The notes: generated by a model not told the origin, from the sequence alone. A stretch of 64,000 bases of DNA from Hemiscyllium ocellatum (GCF_020745735.1 NC_083413.1:74400001-74464000), one strand, 5' to 3'; counted from the stretch's first letter, positions 50,134 to 63,792 are shown. Numbers and translations: made by a program.

Positions 50134-51293
50134 TGAAATTGAACAAACTGATGGTACAAAGATAGAATCGATCTACAGAAAATGAAGATGTTCTTTCCAA
50201 AGCATTTTAACACAATGCATTACGCAGCATGACCTTTTGATGAGTCAATGCAATGTTTATATAACTGTGATGAAATGTGCAAAAGGCCACTCCCATTGGA
50301 TTTCTACAGGGGATTGCTGCAATCAACTAGTTCTACTGTTCATGAGGTCCTCTTGAAAGCAACACAGAAGTTGAAAATGGGACTACAATTGCAAATTAAC
50401 ATCTTGAAAAGGAGTGCAGAATGTAGTATTTTTCAGCTTAATTGTCCTGTGGTGGAAGACAGGCAGTATGGGAAAGAAAGACTGCCCACTCTTCCATCAA
50501 AGTGGGATGAGACAAGAAACTCTGAATTTAATGAGTTTTACTTTGAATGTTGTAAGTATGTGGAAAAATCATGCAAGAGTTAATGGGAGGCTGGGGTATA
50601 CGACCTAAAACAATGCAGGATAGGTGCACGGAAAATAATTCTGAGTTTTGGTCAGATATACACTAGAATAGAAGAACCTATACTTTTGAAGGTGTATGCA
50701 GGATCACTACACTGCAGAGCCTCTGTAAAAGTGATGTAAAGTGCAGCTGACAAAGTGGTCTTGATAAAGCTATTGTCTCTAGCAGGGACTGGTCAGTATT
50801 TGAACCTGAAACAGGTTTACAATGGAAGTAGTAACCCTTTCTGACATAAGGATAGACACAAGAGAAGAATTTGCCACAGAATGTACTAAGATGTTTTATG
50901 TATAAATTAACCAAGTTTACTTTGGACATTTATCAAGCTCTGCCTAACCAAACCATTAATAGATGTATGAGCGCTAAATGATTTTGTAGCATTTGGACGA
51001 TAAGCAATTATATATCCAATGTTCTTTGTCATTGTTTTAGAGACTGCACAAACTTAATAAATACTATGCATTTAGTTTTTTTTAATGCAATGAAAACTCA
51101 TGTTTTCACTTTCAGTCCAATCTTGGAAAAAGTTGGATGCTGTGTAATAGTTTTCATCACAGTTATATAAACATTGCATTGACTCATCAAAAGGTCATGC
51201 TGCGTAATGCATTGTGTTAAAATGCTTTGGAAAGAACATCTTCATTTTCTGTAGATCGATTCTATCTTTGTACCATCAGTTTGTTCAATTTCA
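50134..51293. repeat. Perfect 142-bp inverted repeat (50134-50275 and 51152-51293) with an 876-bp spacer
   Basis: Base-by-base comparison of the reverse complement found no mismatch. Confidence 0.95.
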
Positions 51294-53697
51294 CCATAGC
51301 TTTCGTGGGGCAATTGGATACCAAGGTGCCCTTGTCCATCAACATTTTCCAATCCATCACGATTTTAAAAATACATTGCCATTCTTTACACTTATTCATG
51401 TAATACTGCAACTGCCATGTATTTGCCAACTCATTCAGCTTGTGGGCATACCAACTGAGTGGTGTAATGAATCAGATGTGAAGGCCAAATACTGCAGATG
51501 TTGGGGTTCTGAATTACAACAGAAAGTGCTAGAGAAACTCAGAAGGTCTGGTACTTCTGTGGAAAGAGAATACATAGTTACTATTTTGAATCCAAAATAA
51601 GCAGATCTCAAGAAGAGTCATATTGGACTTAAAATATTAACTGTTTCTGGTTCAACCGAAGTGTTATATCTGACTGGAAATGTTAACATTGGGCTGAGTT
51701 TTATGAGAAATTAGCTAAGTCATTTTAAATGCATTTCATGAAGGATTTATTAGCCAAGAGACCCTGGTGGGTTTTCCCATAGTATTTCTCAAAATTCACT
51801 TCATTAACAATGTGCCATGCCAATGTGGTTCCCCTCTTGTCCGTTGCTGGCCCAATTCTGCCAGCTGTTGTGAATGAAGATATTCACCATTACCAGACTC
51901 CATATTTAAAAGGCCATTGTGCACTTGGTCAACCTTTGGCAGTCCAAAGCTGCCCAGTTCATGGCATTGGCTTTGTTTCTGCGCTAAAAGGTAATTCAGG
52001 TTAGAGGCAGTGTGAGCCTGTTAGTAAGTCTGAGAGGTCAAAGCGCAAAAGGGCAGTGCAAATGAGGGCAAGGCAAAGATGCAGAAAGATGTGTGAGTGA
52101 ACAGACCTAAGTCCCTTGTCCAGTCTGTGAAATAGTCTCCTGTCCCCACATGCAAAGTGTCCTTGCAGCAGTGTTGCAATGAAAAATGCCAATGTACTCC
52201 AAACTCCTGCATTAGAGTGCAGATTGGTATCATAAATAGATCAGAGATGTACCAGAGGGTGGTGGTGACTAGTGTCCAGTATGGAAGTCCTCAGGAGCAG
52301 GCGGTGAGCTTGAGTCACAAGCTGCTTGCTCCGACTTTCATCTCAGGAATTCTGGGAGTCCAGTGTGTGGGAGGATCGAAGATTGCATACTAATGGTTAC
52401 TAACTGGATGATGATGAGCAATAATCCATACTAATAGCCTCTCATTGCTCACAAGCATGAATTTCACCTTAGTTGGAAAATGTAATGTTAAGAAGGGCCT
52501 CACTGGGCAACTCACCTAATCTTCCCAAATTTCTTACTATAGTCTATGTCACTCAGAGGCTGGAAGATTCCACATTTTGCTTCTGTTACCAGAGACGGCA
52601 CCAGCACTGCTGAGTTACTTGAGAACTTTTTTTTTCAAATGTTGCTATTACCCTTTCACACTTCAGAACTGGCTGGGACAGTGGGTTAAATTTTAATATT
52701 TCACAGTGCATTTTTAACCCATAATGTACCTGACTCCATTGTATTTGCGACAGTATAGAAAATGCTGTATTCTGTACCTGACTCTGCTTGAGTGATAGAT
52801 TTGAATTGGAGCTTGTGATGTCATTATTAGACTTTATAACTTTTTAATGCCCCAGTCTTTTAATTTCTAATTTTGAGTATAATCTTAGGGAGAAGGTTCT
52901 GGCATCAATTAAGGGTTGGTAGCAAACTACACTGTGTGCTGGAGGGATAGTTTATGTGGAAGTCATCAGCATACAGAAAACAATAAGAGGAAAATATCTG
53001 TCAACAGCCAGTATTCCAGGCCCTCTTGTTGGAACTGGTGGAGATCTTAACTCAATGCTTGTCTGAGGCAAAACATATAAATTATTTCAGAGAAACCAAC
53101 TTACATTGCAGGCAGCACAGAATCTTTCGTATTTCGTCATCAGGTGAATGCCTACATTGTACTTTTGTAACACAAATTTATATTTAGTGGCTTCATACCC
53201 TGGCCTGTGTTAGCTTTGATGCTGCATCTTTGATTGGTAAAGTGCAAATTTATCTCTCTCTCTCTCTCTCTCGTCAATGTTCTCCTCTTCTCCAGTTGCT
53301 GGTCTCCCTCTATGACAGAGTTTCACTGACATCAGTTGGTTCTATTGCTTGCTCTTCCACATATCTATTATGTACGAACCGACGTAATGATTGTTTGCAA
53401 GTTATTTGATTTTCAGTCAAACCTACTCCCTCACCCAACACAAGCTGTCACGTCGGTCATCTACCAGTCATTTCCAATCACAACACCGGAAAAATTCAAC
53501 AACAACAGACAGGGATGTTGCACAATAGCCTTGGAGCCTGTTTGGCTAAAAGTCAAAAGTATGAGATGTGATCACTGCAGGGGGAAGCAATAATAAATCA
53601 TTATGCTCACAATTCTATTTTAACAAAGGCCCACAACAGGTAAGAAGATTACTGTAGGAATGAATTCAACTCGATCCTGAAACAGCAAGTGATTAGA

Positions 53698-54066
53698 ATC
53701 ATAGAGTCACAGAGATGTGCAGCATGGAAACAGACCCTTAGGTCCAACTCGTCCATATCGACCAGCTATCCGAACCTACTCGAGTCCCATTTGCCAGCAC
53801 CTGGCCCATATCCCTTTAAACCCTTCCTAATCATGTACCCATGCAGATGACTTTTGAATGTTGTAATTGTACCAGCCTGTACCACTTCCTCTGGCAGCTC
53901 ACTCCATCCACACACCTTCCTCTGTGTGAAAAAGTTGTCCCCTAGGTCCCTTTTAAATTTTTCCCTTCTCACTCTAAACCTATGCTCTCTAGTTCTGGAC
54001 TTGCCCACCCTGGGGAAAGGACCTTGTCTATTTACCCTATCCATGCTCCTCATGATTTTGTACAAA
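53698..54066 (-). mobile_element. CR1 3' fragment
   Basis: YKIMRSMDRVNRQG...WSELPEEVVQAGTITTFK. Confidence 0.88.
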
Positions 54067-54337
54067 CCTCGCGACTTTTGAGAAGATTTGTAGCTCACAT
54101 TGATGATATGTATGTGTAAACCTCTATAAGAAAGAAAATATTGCAAGCTGGAGGCCGTAGTGCAAAAGGCAGACAGAAGGAGAGAGGTTCTCTTTCCTCA
54201 GGGTTCAGCAAGCCATCCAGAGAGGTAGAAGGATCAGCCATAGTGGTTGATTCCACCAATGTAGCCCTAAAGAATTAGATGCAGTGTCTGGAGAAGTTCA
54301 TTGGCCACGCATAAGTAATTATGTGGGCAGTACATAA

Positions 54338-54655
54338 GTGGCTAGCACTGCTGCCTCAGAGTGCCAGGGATTTGGGTTCAATACCACCCTCTTGTGACTC
54401 TGTGGAGTTTGCACATTCTCCATGTGCCTGCTTGGGATTCTTCCAGGTGCTCCAGTTTCTTCCCACAGTCCAAAGATTTGCAAGTTAGGTGGATTGGCCA
54501 TGGTATAGTGTCCAAGGATGTGCATGTTAGGTGGGTTAGCCAAGGGGTGTGCAGGGAGAGGGGAGGCGGATGGGTGTGGGCGGGCTGCTCTTTGAACAGT
54601 TAGTGTTGATTTAATGGGCCAAGTGGTCTGCTTCCGCTCTCTAGGGATTCTATGA
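54338..54655 (+). mobile_element. Diverged HE1/V-SINE-like SINE
   Basis: Core GTGGAGTTTGCACATTCTCC is recognisable. Confidence 0.78.
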
Positions 54656-54744
54656 TTAAGGTCAGCAAATGCAATCTGACATGCCAAACTGCATTCTCCC
54701 TCCACCCCAGTCAGTTGCTGTTCATTTCACCTCACCATCTCAGA

Positions 54745-55578
54745 TTACCTCAGATTGCAACGGGATCTTGATCAGATGGCCCAATGGGCTGAGAAGTGGC
54801 AGATGGAATTTAATTCAGATAAATGCGAGGTACTGCATTTTGGGAAAACAAATTTTAGCAGGACTTATACACTTAATGGTAAGGTCCTAGGGAGTGTTGC
54901 TGAACAAGGAGACTTTGAAGTGCAGGTTCATAGCTCCTTGAAAGTGGAGTCGCAGGTAGATAGGATAGTGAAGAAGGTGTCTGGTATGCTTTCCTTTATT
55001 GGTCAGAGTATTGAGTACAGGAGTTGGTAGGTCATGTTGCGGCTGTACAGGACATTGGTTAGGCCACTGTTGGAATATTGCGTGCAATCCTGGTCTTCCT
55101 ATTGGAAGGATATTGTGAAACTTGAAAGGGTTCAGAAAAGATTTACAAGGATGTTGCTAGGGTTGGAGGATTTGAGCTATAGGGAGAGGCTGAACAGGCT
55201 GGGGCTGTTTTCCCTGGAGCGTTAGAGGCTGCGAGGTAACCTTATAGAGGTTTACAAAATTATGAGGGGCATGGATATGGTAACTAGGCAAAGTCTTTTC
55301 CCTGGGGTGGGGGAGTCCAGAACTAGACAGCATAGGTTTAGGGTGAGACGGGAAAGATATAAACATTTTCACACAGAAGGTGGCACATGTATGGAATGAG
55401 CTGCCAGAGGAAATGGTGGAGGCTGGTACAATTGCAACATTTAAGAGGCATTTGGATGGGAAGGGTTGGAGGGATATGGGCTGGGTGCTGGCAGGTGGGA
55501 CTAGATTAGGTTGGGATAGCTGGACGGGTTGGACCAAAGGATCTGTTTCCATGCTGTACATCTCTATGACTCTATGAG
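54745..55578 (+). mobile_element. CR1 3' fragment
   Basis: QRDLDQMAQWAEKWQMEFNSDKCEVLHFG; LYRTLVRPLLEYCVQ. Confidence 0.92.
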
Positions 55579-55814
55579 TCAATGATCTTCATCCACTTCT
55601 GACATTCTGTGCCTCCTATGAATTAGACCTCACATTCGTATTGCTCCACCTCATCCTTACACACAGAGCACTGCTGAAAAGCTCACGTTCACAGTTTGCA
55701 TGCACAGTCATTTAACCAACTCCAGCAGTTACAAATTAAAAGATCTGCAGATGCTAGAAATCCAAAACAAAAACTAAAATGGCTGGTGAAATCTGGCAGG
55801 TTCTGGCAGCATCT

Positions 55815-56705
55815 AGAGTTGTACAGCATGGAAACAGACCGTTTGGTCCAACCAGTCCACACTGACTATAATCTCAAACTAAACCAGTCCCACCTGCTGG
55901 CACTTAGCCCAAATCCATCCAAACATTTCCTATTCGTGTACTTATCCAAATGTTTTTTAAACATTGTAACTGTACCCACAGCCACCACTTCCTCTGGAAG
56001 TTCAGTCCAGATATGAACCGCTTTCTGTGTAAAAAGACTCCCTTCATGTCTTTTTAAAATCTTTCTCCTCTCGCCTTAAAAATATGTCCCCCGAGTCTTG
56101 TAATCCTCCACCCTAAGGAAAAGACACTTCTATTCACCTGATCTATACCTCTCATGATTTTATAAACTTCTGTAAGATCACACCTCAATCTCCTATGTTC
56201 AAGTACAAAATGTCCCAGCCTCTTTTTATCTCTCAAGCCCTCCATTCCTGGTAACATCTTGGTAAATCTTTTCTGAACCCTCTCCAGTTTAATAATATCC
56301 TTCCTAGAACAGGGCGACCAGAACTGGACACAGTATTCCAGAAGAGGTCTCATCAATATCCTGTACAGCCTCAATATAACGTCCCAGCTCCTGTACTTAA
56401 AGGTCTGAGCAATGAAAACATGTGTTAGATGCCTTCTTAACCAATCTGTCTATATGTGATGCAAAGAATTATGTACCTGAATCCCTAGGTCTTTGTGTTC
56501 TCCAACACTATCCAAGGCCCTATTTTTAATTGTATAAGTCCTCGCATTATCCAAATTAAACTCCATCTGCCACTCTTCAGTTCATTGGCCCAATAGATCT
56601 AGATCTCTTTGTAATGTTAGATAACCTTCTTCACTTCCCACTATACCACCAATTTTGGTGTCATCTGCAAACTTACTAATCATGCCTTCTATATTCTCAT
56701 CTAAA
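55815..56705 (-). mobile_element. CR1 3' fragment
   Basis: LYRILMRPLLEYCVQFWSP; SKFADDTKIGG at ~56645-56675. Confidence 0.92.
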
Positions 56706-58832
56706 CCTGTAGAGTAAAGGTACAGTTCATTTTTCGGATCAGGTAACACTTCTTTGGAACTGAAGAACCATAAATCTCACTCACTGATGAAACCCCCATC
56801 CCTTTTACAGGACAAAATGACCTATAACCTCCCAACCAATCAGACCCATCATGGCTGCATGTGCAGACAGCCACTTTGTCCGCTGCCCACCCTCAGAGGA
56901 GACAATGTTGGAAATTATTGGAGCCATCACTGAGGATGGGGCTAATTAAGTGATTCACGGATAATGTTATAATCTTCCCAAATGCACCTTCTCAAAGCCC
57001 ATTTCATCCTCATCCTACAATCTGTTATCATTTACAATTTACAGGTTGTGAAACTACATATCTCTCGGTTTCCTCCATTCTTTCATCTAGCCCTGCCCTT
57101 GCGTGCTCATGCTTTGTGGTACCCATGAAATGCCAGTGGTTTGATTGATGCTTGAGGTACCAGCTCATATAATGATAGTGCGTACAATTTGGAGGATATT
57201 GCATGTGGTGGATTAGCAGGCATAAGCAGGGCTGCACTCAGGCCAAGCAGGAAAGGATAAGGTCATACATAAGTTCTATTATAGAAGACTCAGCTGAGGT
57301 GGGGCAGGGACCGATTTAAAAAAAAAGGCCTGATGCAATGGCCTGCCACACTCATTCTTGTCATTGGAAAGGACTATGGAGGATTGTGGCTCCCATTCAA
57401 CACAGGACCTCATACTGAGCTTGGAGCCACTTGCAGACCTAAACAGTTGATGTGGTCTCAGCTTCCACTGCAGCATAAAGAGAAGCCACTCCACATCTCA
57501 GTGCTGTGGTGGGAACCCAGCACATTGAAATCTCATGATGGTGCTGGATGCCATTGCTGCAAAGAAACTTGCAGACTCGCACAACAGCCCAGCAGTCTGT
57601 GCTCCAGCTGGTTATGAGGAATATTGAGCTGCCATCTCAGAGGCCACCGTGGAGCATGAACCTGTTCTCCTCACTCAAATTAACCGTGTTCACATTGGGC
57701 ACTCTGCCAGCAGTCTTGCTGGTGCCTTTCAGTCATTCAGCAGACTGCTGCTGCTGTTAATTCAAAGCTAGGCCTGCACAGTGGCCTGCACATTGGCCCT
57801 CACTGAAAGGCAGCAATCCTGCACTAAACTGGTTGCAGCCACTGGGTGGCACTGTGTACAGCACTAGAACTGGCAAAATATCTCTGAACAGATGCTTAGA
57901 GTGATGGATTGAATATTGTCTGATTTTGTTTTTTGGACGTTTTGGTGGCTAAAGTTTGGTTAAATTTTTGCTTCCAACAAGGTGTTTTATCTGACGATTC
58001 AGAAATTAAGCGCAGATATTCCGTTATTGAAGAGTTCAACCGACATGTATTACAACCAAGTATGATATGTAAATATAACATTCTTCCAGCATCTTCAATT
58101 CTGAGCTAATATTAAGTTACCAGTTTACAAAAGATGAACAACGCTTCCACTGAAGTGGCATGCCTCAAATGACCTGAGGTAAGATGGAATATAAGATTTT
58201 TGTAATCTCAGGTTGCATGCCACAATGTTGCCATAATATCATGGGGATGTCTCTGAAAGGTATATGGGGATATACTGACTATGATACATAACAAAGCATC
58301 CACTATTCTTCCCAATGGTAATAATTTATTCCAAACAGGGTTGTACATTGACATATCTTGTCAATGTGATAACTATATAAATGGGTAAATCAGAGTACAA
58401 GATGAAAATTTCAAGCTTTAATATAAAGTTTTGAAGTTTTGACAACTTGTCCTGATCTGGTGACCATATCCCTGTCTAGTGAGGTGCACATTGCTCTCTA
58501 TTGCATTTGTTTAATAACGTGGTTGTCTTGTTGCTGTCACTTAACCTCATTGCAAAATCAAGATTGAAATATTCTTCCCCACTCTTTTCGTATGATTGAT
58601 GTGACGTATACAGGTCTGGGTTTGTTTCTGTTCACTTGCAATATAACACTATGATCAGTAATGATTTCATATGATCTGGGATAGTTACATAATTTAGAAA
58701 CTTTGCCAGCATCCAGCAATTTGTGTTTGGATTTCCATTTCACACACTCTGTCCCATGTGCAATTTTGTACAGTTTCTAACTGCATATTGTTTGTGTATC
58801 TCTTTCATTCACTTTGGAAAAGTATGTTCTTT

Positions 58833-59151
58833 GGATTAGATTAGATTAGATTACTTACAGTGTGGAAACAGGCCCTTCGGCCCAACAAGTCCACACCGAC
58901 CCGCCGAAGCGCAACCCACCCATACCCCTACATTTACCCCTTACCTAACACTACGGGCAATTTAGCATGGCCAATTCACCTGATCCGCACATCTTCGGAC
59001 TGTGGGAGGAAACCGGAGCACCCGGAGGAAACCCACGCAGACACGGGGAGAACGTGCAAACTCCACACAGTCAGTCGCCTGAGGCGGGAACTGAACCCAG
59101 GTCCCTGGCGCTGTGAGGCAGCAGTGCTAACCACTGTGCCACCATGCCGCC
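58833..59151 (-). mobile_element. Young HE1/V-SINE-like SINE
   Basis: Full-length, CpG-rich, with an (AATCT)n tail. Confidence 0.92.
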
Positions 59152-59377
59152 CAAGAATATTTGTGAACCAGATGTTTTTACATCACTGATGGTTTCATGA
59201 TTAGTCAAACTTTCAATTCCAATTCAGTCCTGTGTTTTGGGATAATCAGATAATTGATTGCTGGACAAGGTTATTTGCATTTACCTCCTGAGCATACATT
59301 TGCTGGAAATATTAACTTATTCTCCACTGGTGTTGGGTGAAAAGGCAGCGATGCAAAGCACAAAGCTTGGTCTGTTA

Positions 59378-60475
59378 CAGAGTCATACAGTCATAGAGCT
59401 GTACAGCACGGAAACAGACCCTTCAGTCCAACACATCCATACCGCCAGATATCCTAACCTAATCTAGTCCCATTCGCCAGCACTTGACCCATATCCCTCT
59501 AAACCTTTCTCATTCATTTACACATCCAGATGCCTTTTAAATGTTGTAATTGTACCAGCCTCCACCACTTCCTCTGGCAGCTCATTCCATACATGCACCA
59601 CCATTTGCGTGAAAAAGTTGTCTCTTAAGTCCCCTTTAAATCACCCTAAACCTATGTCCTCTAGTTCTGGACTCTTCCAATCCAGAGAAAAAAATCTTGT
59701 CTATTTACTCTATCCATGCCCCTCACGAGGTCACCTCTCAACCTCCGAAGCTCCAGGGAAAACAACCCCAGCCTATTCAGCTTCCCCCGAAAGCTCAAGC
59801 CTTCCATCCCTGGATCATCCTTGTAAATCTTTTCTGAACCCTTTCAAGTTTCACAACATCCTTCCTATAGGAGGAGACCGGTATTGCATACAATATCCCA
59901 AAAGTGGCCTGACCAATGTCCTGTACAGCCGGAACATGACCTCACAACTTCTACACTCAATGCTCTAATCAATAAAGGAAAGCGTACTAAATACCTTCTT
60001 CACTTCCAATCTATCTGTGACTCCACTTTCAAGGAACTATGAACCTGCATTCCATGGACTTCTTGTTCAGCCACAGTCCCCAGTGTGTAAGTGTATAAGT
60101 CCTGCCCTGATTTGTCTTTCCAAAATGCAGCACCTCACATTTACCTAAATTAGCCTCCATCTGTGACTTCTCGATTCATTCGCCTATCTGATCAAGATCC
60201 CGTTGTAATCTGAGGTAACCTTCTTTGCTGTCCACTACACCTCCAATTTTGGTGTCATCTGCAACCTACTAACTATACCTCCAATGTTCACATCCACATC
60301 ATTTATATAAATGACAAAAAGCAGTGGGCCCAGCATCGATCCATGTGGCGCACTTCTGGTCACAGGTATCAAGTCTGAAAGCAACCTTCCACCACCACCC
60401 TCTGTCTTCTACCTTTGAGCAAATTGCTAGTTCTCCCTGTATTCCATGGGATCTAACCTTGCTAACCAGAGTACC
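59378..60475 (-). mobile_element. CR1 3' fragment
   Basis: Reverse complement matches the other CR1 copies, including the ADDTKIGG region at ~60240-60265. Confidence 0.9.
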
Positions 60476-61472
60476 ATTGAGTTTTTTTTTATATAGAACA
60501 TTCTTTTAGGCTATTTGAGCATAAACAGTATGATGACGATGTAATGCAGTAATTCCCTACTTGGTGCACATCTTGAAATGGTGTGTCAGTGTATTTGGTC
60601 CATTGTCCGACGTTGTCTCATCTGGAATACTGAATAAATTGAAAATAGCACTCACCGTGCCAATAACAATTGTATTCATTATGTTGCTAAGTCACCAAAC
60701 AATGGAAACTTCAGTGAAGGAATTTATGAGATGATTGTCATCTTATCCTTACACTGCGAAAAGGGCTGTTGCATCTTTTATCCGAAGAGTGGAGGGAACA
60801 TTGTGTGAATGTAGAGACTCCCTCTGTTGCTGGATTAACACATTTGACATTTCTCGTATGCATTCACAAGTTGTTGAAAATCCTAATTTATTCCTGGCTA
60901 GTCCATAGACTCACATGCTAGCCTTCTGGCAGTTTGAATACCCTTGTATCCCTGGTGGAGCATGGACATGACATCTTCGTGTAATGGAGTTACAACTTGT
61001 TTCCCCTTGAAAAAGACTTGAGGTGCACACATTCATCTCCAAAAATGAGCGAATCTGTGGTACTTCTTTGATACTGTCAGGCCATTTTGCGACTCTTTGC
61101 AGTAGCCCACCTTCAGCAGTTGTTGATTGGTAAGGGCCAGTGTGAGGCAATGTGTAACAGATCATGATTAAGAATGTTTTCAGCTTCAATATCTCAAACA
61201 ACAAAATGTAGATCAACAGGAATGATTAGATAATTGGTTGCTGGGCAAGGTTACTTGCATTTACCTCCTGAGCATTCTTATGTTGGGGAATAGGGAAAAT
61301 CTACTTAGCCATAATAATACTGATACCTGGCCTCTAGCTCATTTCAAAGTCACCTATTTACTTGTGACAAATAGATGATGCAAGGGTGGGGGTTAGCAGT
61401 CTGCAATGTATCGTATCTAATGGATTCAATGGTGAATGTCTTAACAAATGATTGTGAAGTTGTGTGATGCCA

Positions 61473-61781
61473 AATTAGATTACTTACATTGTGGAAACAG
61501 GCCCTTCAGCCCAACAAGTCCACACCGACCCGCAGAAGCGCAACCCACCCATACCTTGACCTACATTTACCTCTTACCTAACACTACGGGCAATTTAGCC
61601 TGGCCAATTCACCTGACCCGCACATCTTTGGACTGTGGGAGGAAACCGGAGCACCCGGAGGAAACCCATGCAGACACGGGGAGAATGTGCAAACTCCACA
61701 CAGTCAGTCGCCTGAGGCGGGAATTGAACCCGGGTCTCTGGCGCTGTGAGGCAGCAGTGCTAGCCACTGTGCCACTGTGCC
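61473..61781 (-). mobile_element. Young HE1/V-SINE-like SINE
   Basis: Nearly identical to 58833-59151. Confidence 0.92.
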
Positions 61782-62054
61782 ATCCACAGATACATGAGGT
61801 GGTGTTTTGCACTCTATATTGGATAAGTTGGCTTGGGCAATACGTTTTGTGTATTTCAAAAGATAAGAGCCTAGGCCTCTTTGTGGTGCATCCACTTGGT
61901 GAACTGCTAAAAGATCCTTCCTAAAGGCTGTAGCTGGTGTAGAGGTGATGACTAATCTTTAACAGTTCCTCTTTGGAAAGACAAAATGGCCAATAGACTC
62001 TAAGGATTATTGTCTTTAAGGAAATGAGTTCTAGATGGAACTCATGAGTTCACC

Positions 62055-62515
62055 ATCCATAAGGCACACTGCAGGAGTACAATGAAATACTCCCTACTTG
62101 CCTGGATAGGTACAGCTCCAACGAGAGTCAAGAAGCTTGATGCCATTCAGGACAAAGCAGCCTACTTGACTGGTGCCACTTCTGTAAGCATCCACTCCCT
62201 CTCCCTCAGTAGCAGCAAGATGCAGTGTAGAAATTCACCAAAGATCCTTAGACAGCACTTTCCAAATCCACTATGATTTCCATTTAGAAAGACAAGAGCA
62301 ACAATTTCCCCACTAAGTCACTCACATCCTGATTTGGGAATATTTCCGCAATGCTGGGTCAAAAGTTTGGAACTCCCTCCATAAGGGCCTTGTGGAACTA
62401 CTATAGCATGTGGTCTGTAGCAAAGGCACCATTACCTTCTCAACAGCAACTAGGGTCATGAAATAGGTGCAGGCCCAGGCAGCGACACACATGTCTCATG
62501 AATGGATAGAAAAAA
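62055..62515 (+). mobile_element. LINE 3' end (CR1/L2 group)
   Basis: MKYSLLAWIGTAPTRVKKLDAIQDKAAYL, homologous to 46370-46915. Confidence 0.78.
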
Positions 62516-63095
62516 TCTAACCCCTGAACTGGTCATTGAGAACCTCCCAGATCTCTTCTGGGTGTTTCTGATCGTCCATGGAAAAACTGCATTTGTTAAT
62601 TCTGCGAAACCCCTCCTTGCCAATGGCAAGCAAGATTTGTAAAGCTCTTTTCTCAGGATGATCTATGGTTTGAACTGTAAACTGAATATGTTGTTTAAAC
62701 AGTATAATTCATTCAGGGTGTTATTGGAAGCCCAGTTCGTAATGAGGTTTCTGCTATCCATGATTGCACCTTAAAAACATTGAACTATACCACCTTAAGC
62801 TTTGTGACTGCGACTTCATGTCCATGTAATTTAAAATAATTCCTTTTTTCTGAACGCATACTTCACAGCTATTGTTGTGAAATGTGTTACTTATGTACCA
62901 ACTGTCAGGAACTGCGCATACTGGTCTCTGACCATTCTATTGCATTGCGTAGACTTGTGCTCTAGTGGTGTATCCTTTGATTTACTTTTCTTAATGGAGG
63001 CAATCCTACAAATTTATTTTGTCTTGAAATAACTTACATTCTAATCAAAAATACTTTCTCCCTGTTTTCTTGATGATTAGAATTAATATAATTGG

Positions 63096-63402
63096 TGGCA
63101 TCGTGGCTCAGTGGTTAGCACTGCAGCCTCACAGCGCCACGGTCCTGGGTTCGATTTCCGCCTCAGGTGAATGTCTGCTTGGAGTTTACACATTGTCCCC
63201 GTATCTCGTGGGTTTTTTCCCATAATCCAAAGATGCGCAGGTTAGATGAATTGGCTGTGCTCAATTGCCCACAGTGGTAGGTACATTAATCAGGGGTAAA
63301 TACTGGGTCAGGGAATGGGTCTGGGCGGGTTACTCTTCGAAGGATCGGTGTGGACTTGTTGGGCCGAAGGGCCTGTTTCCATACTGCAGGGAATCTAATC
63401 TA
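63096..63402 (+). mobile_element. HE1/V-SINE-like SINE
   Basis: A/B-box head, partly deleted core, and tail. Confidence 0.85.
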
Positions 63403-63792
63403 TGGATCTTCACAGGTGTCTGATGCTGCTGGAGGCTGAGGAGCTCTACCTTTCTCCAAATTCTCTGTTGTCAAAGCTGTTTTACTATTGGTCTTCAATT
63501 AGCTTTCCACTGAGATAACAAAGTCAGATGGCCACTGCTGCTGCCATGGTGTGTGTTTCACGTGCTATAATATTGCGTCTGGTTAAGGTATACTGACATA
63601 CTTATTGTAAGACATAACACAACAAAGTTGAAATGGAATGCTTGCTGTGGGAATGTGGGCAATAGAAACAGGTGTAGACCATTTGGCCCTTTGAGCCTGT
63701 TTCACCACTCAACAAGTTCATGGCTTATCGTCAATCCCAACATCAATTTCCTGCACTACCCCCATATCCCTGTAATGATTTGAAATCAATTA

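Noticed and set aside
50134-51293. Interpretation as a DNA transposon with 142-bp TIRs
   Set aside because: No TSD flanks the unit (TA on the left, CC on the right), there is no transposase remnant in the spacer, and microhomology at both ends of one arm fits a templated insertion better. Not excluded without a genome search.
2839-63402. tRNA-like A/B-box sequences and recurring ORFs such as LDCGRKPEHPEETHADTGR
   Set aside because: They are SINE heads and SINE-internal frames, not tRNA or protein genes.
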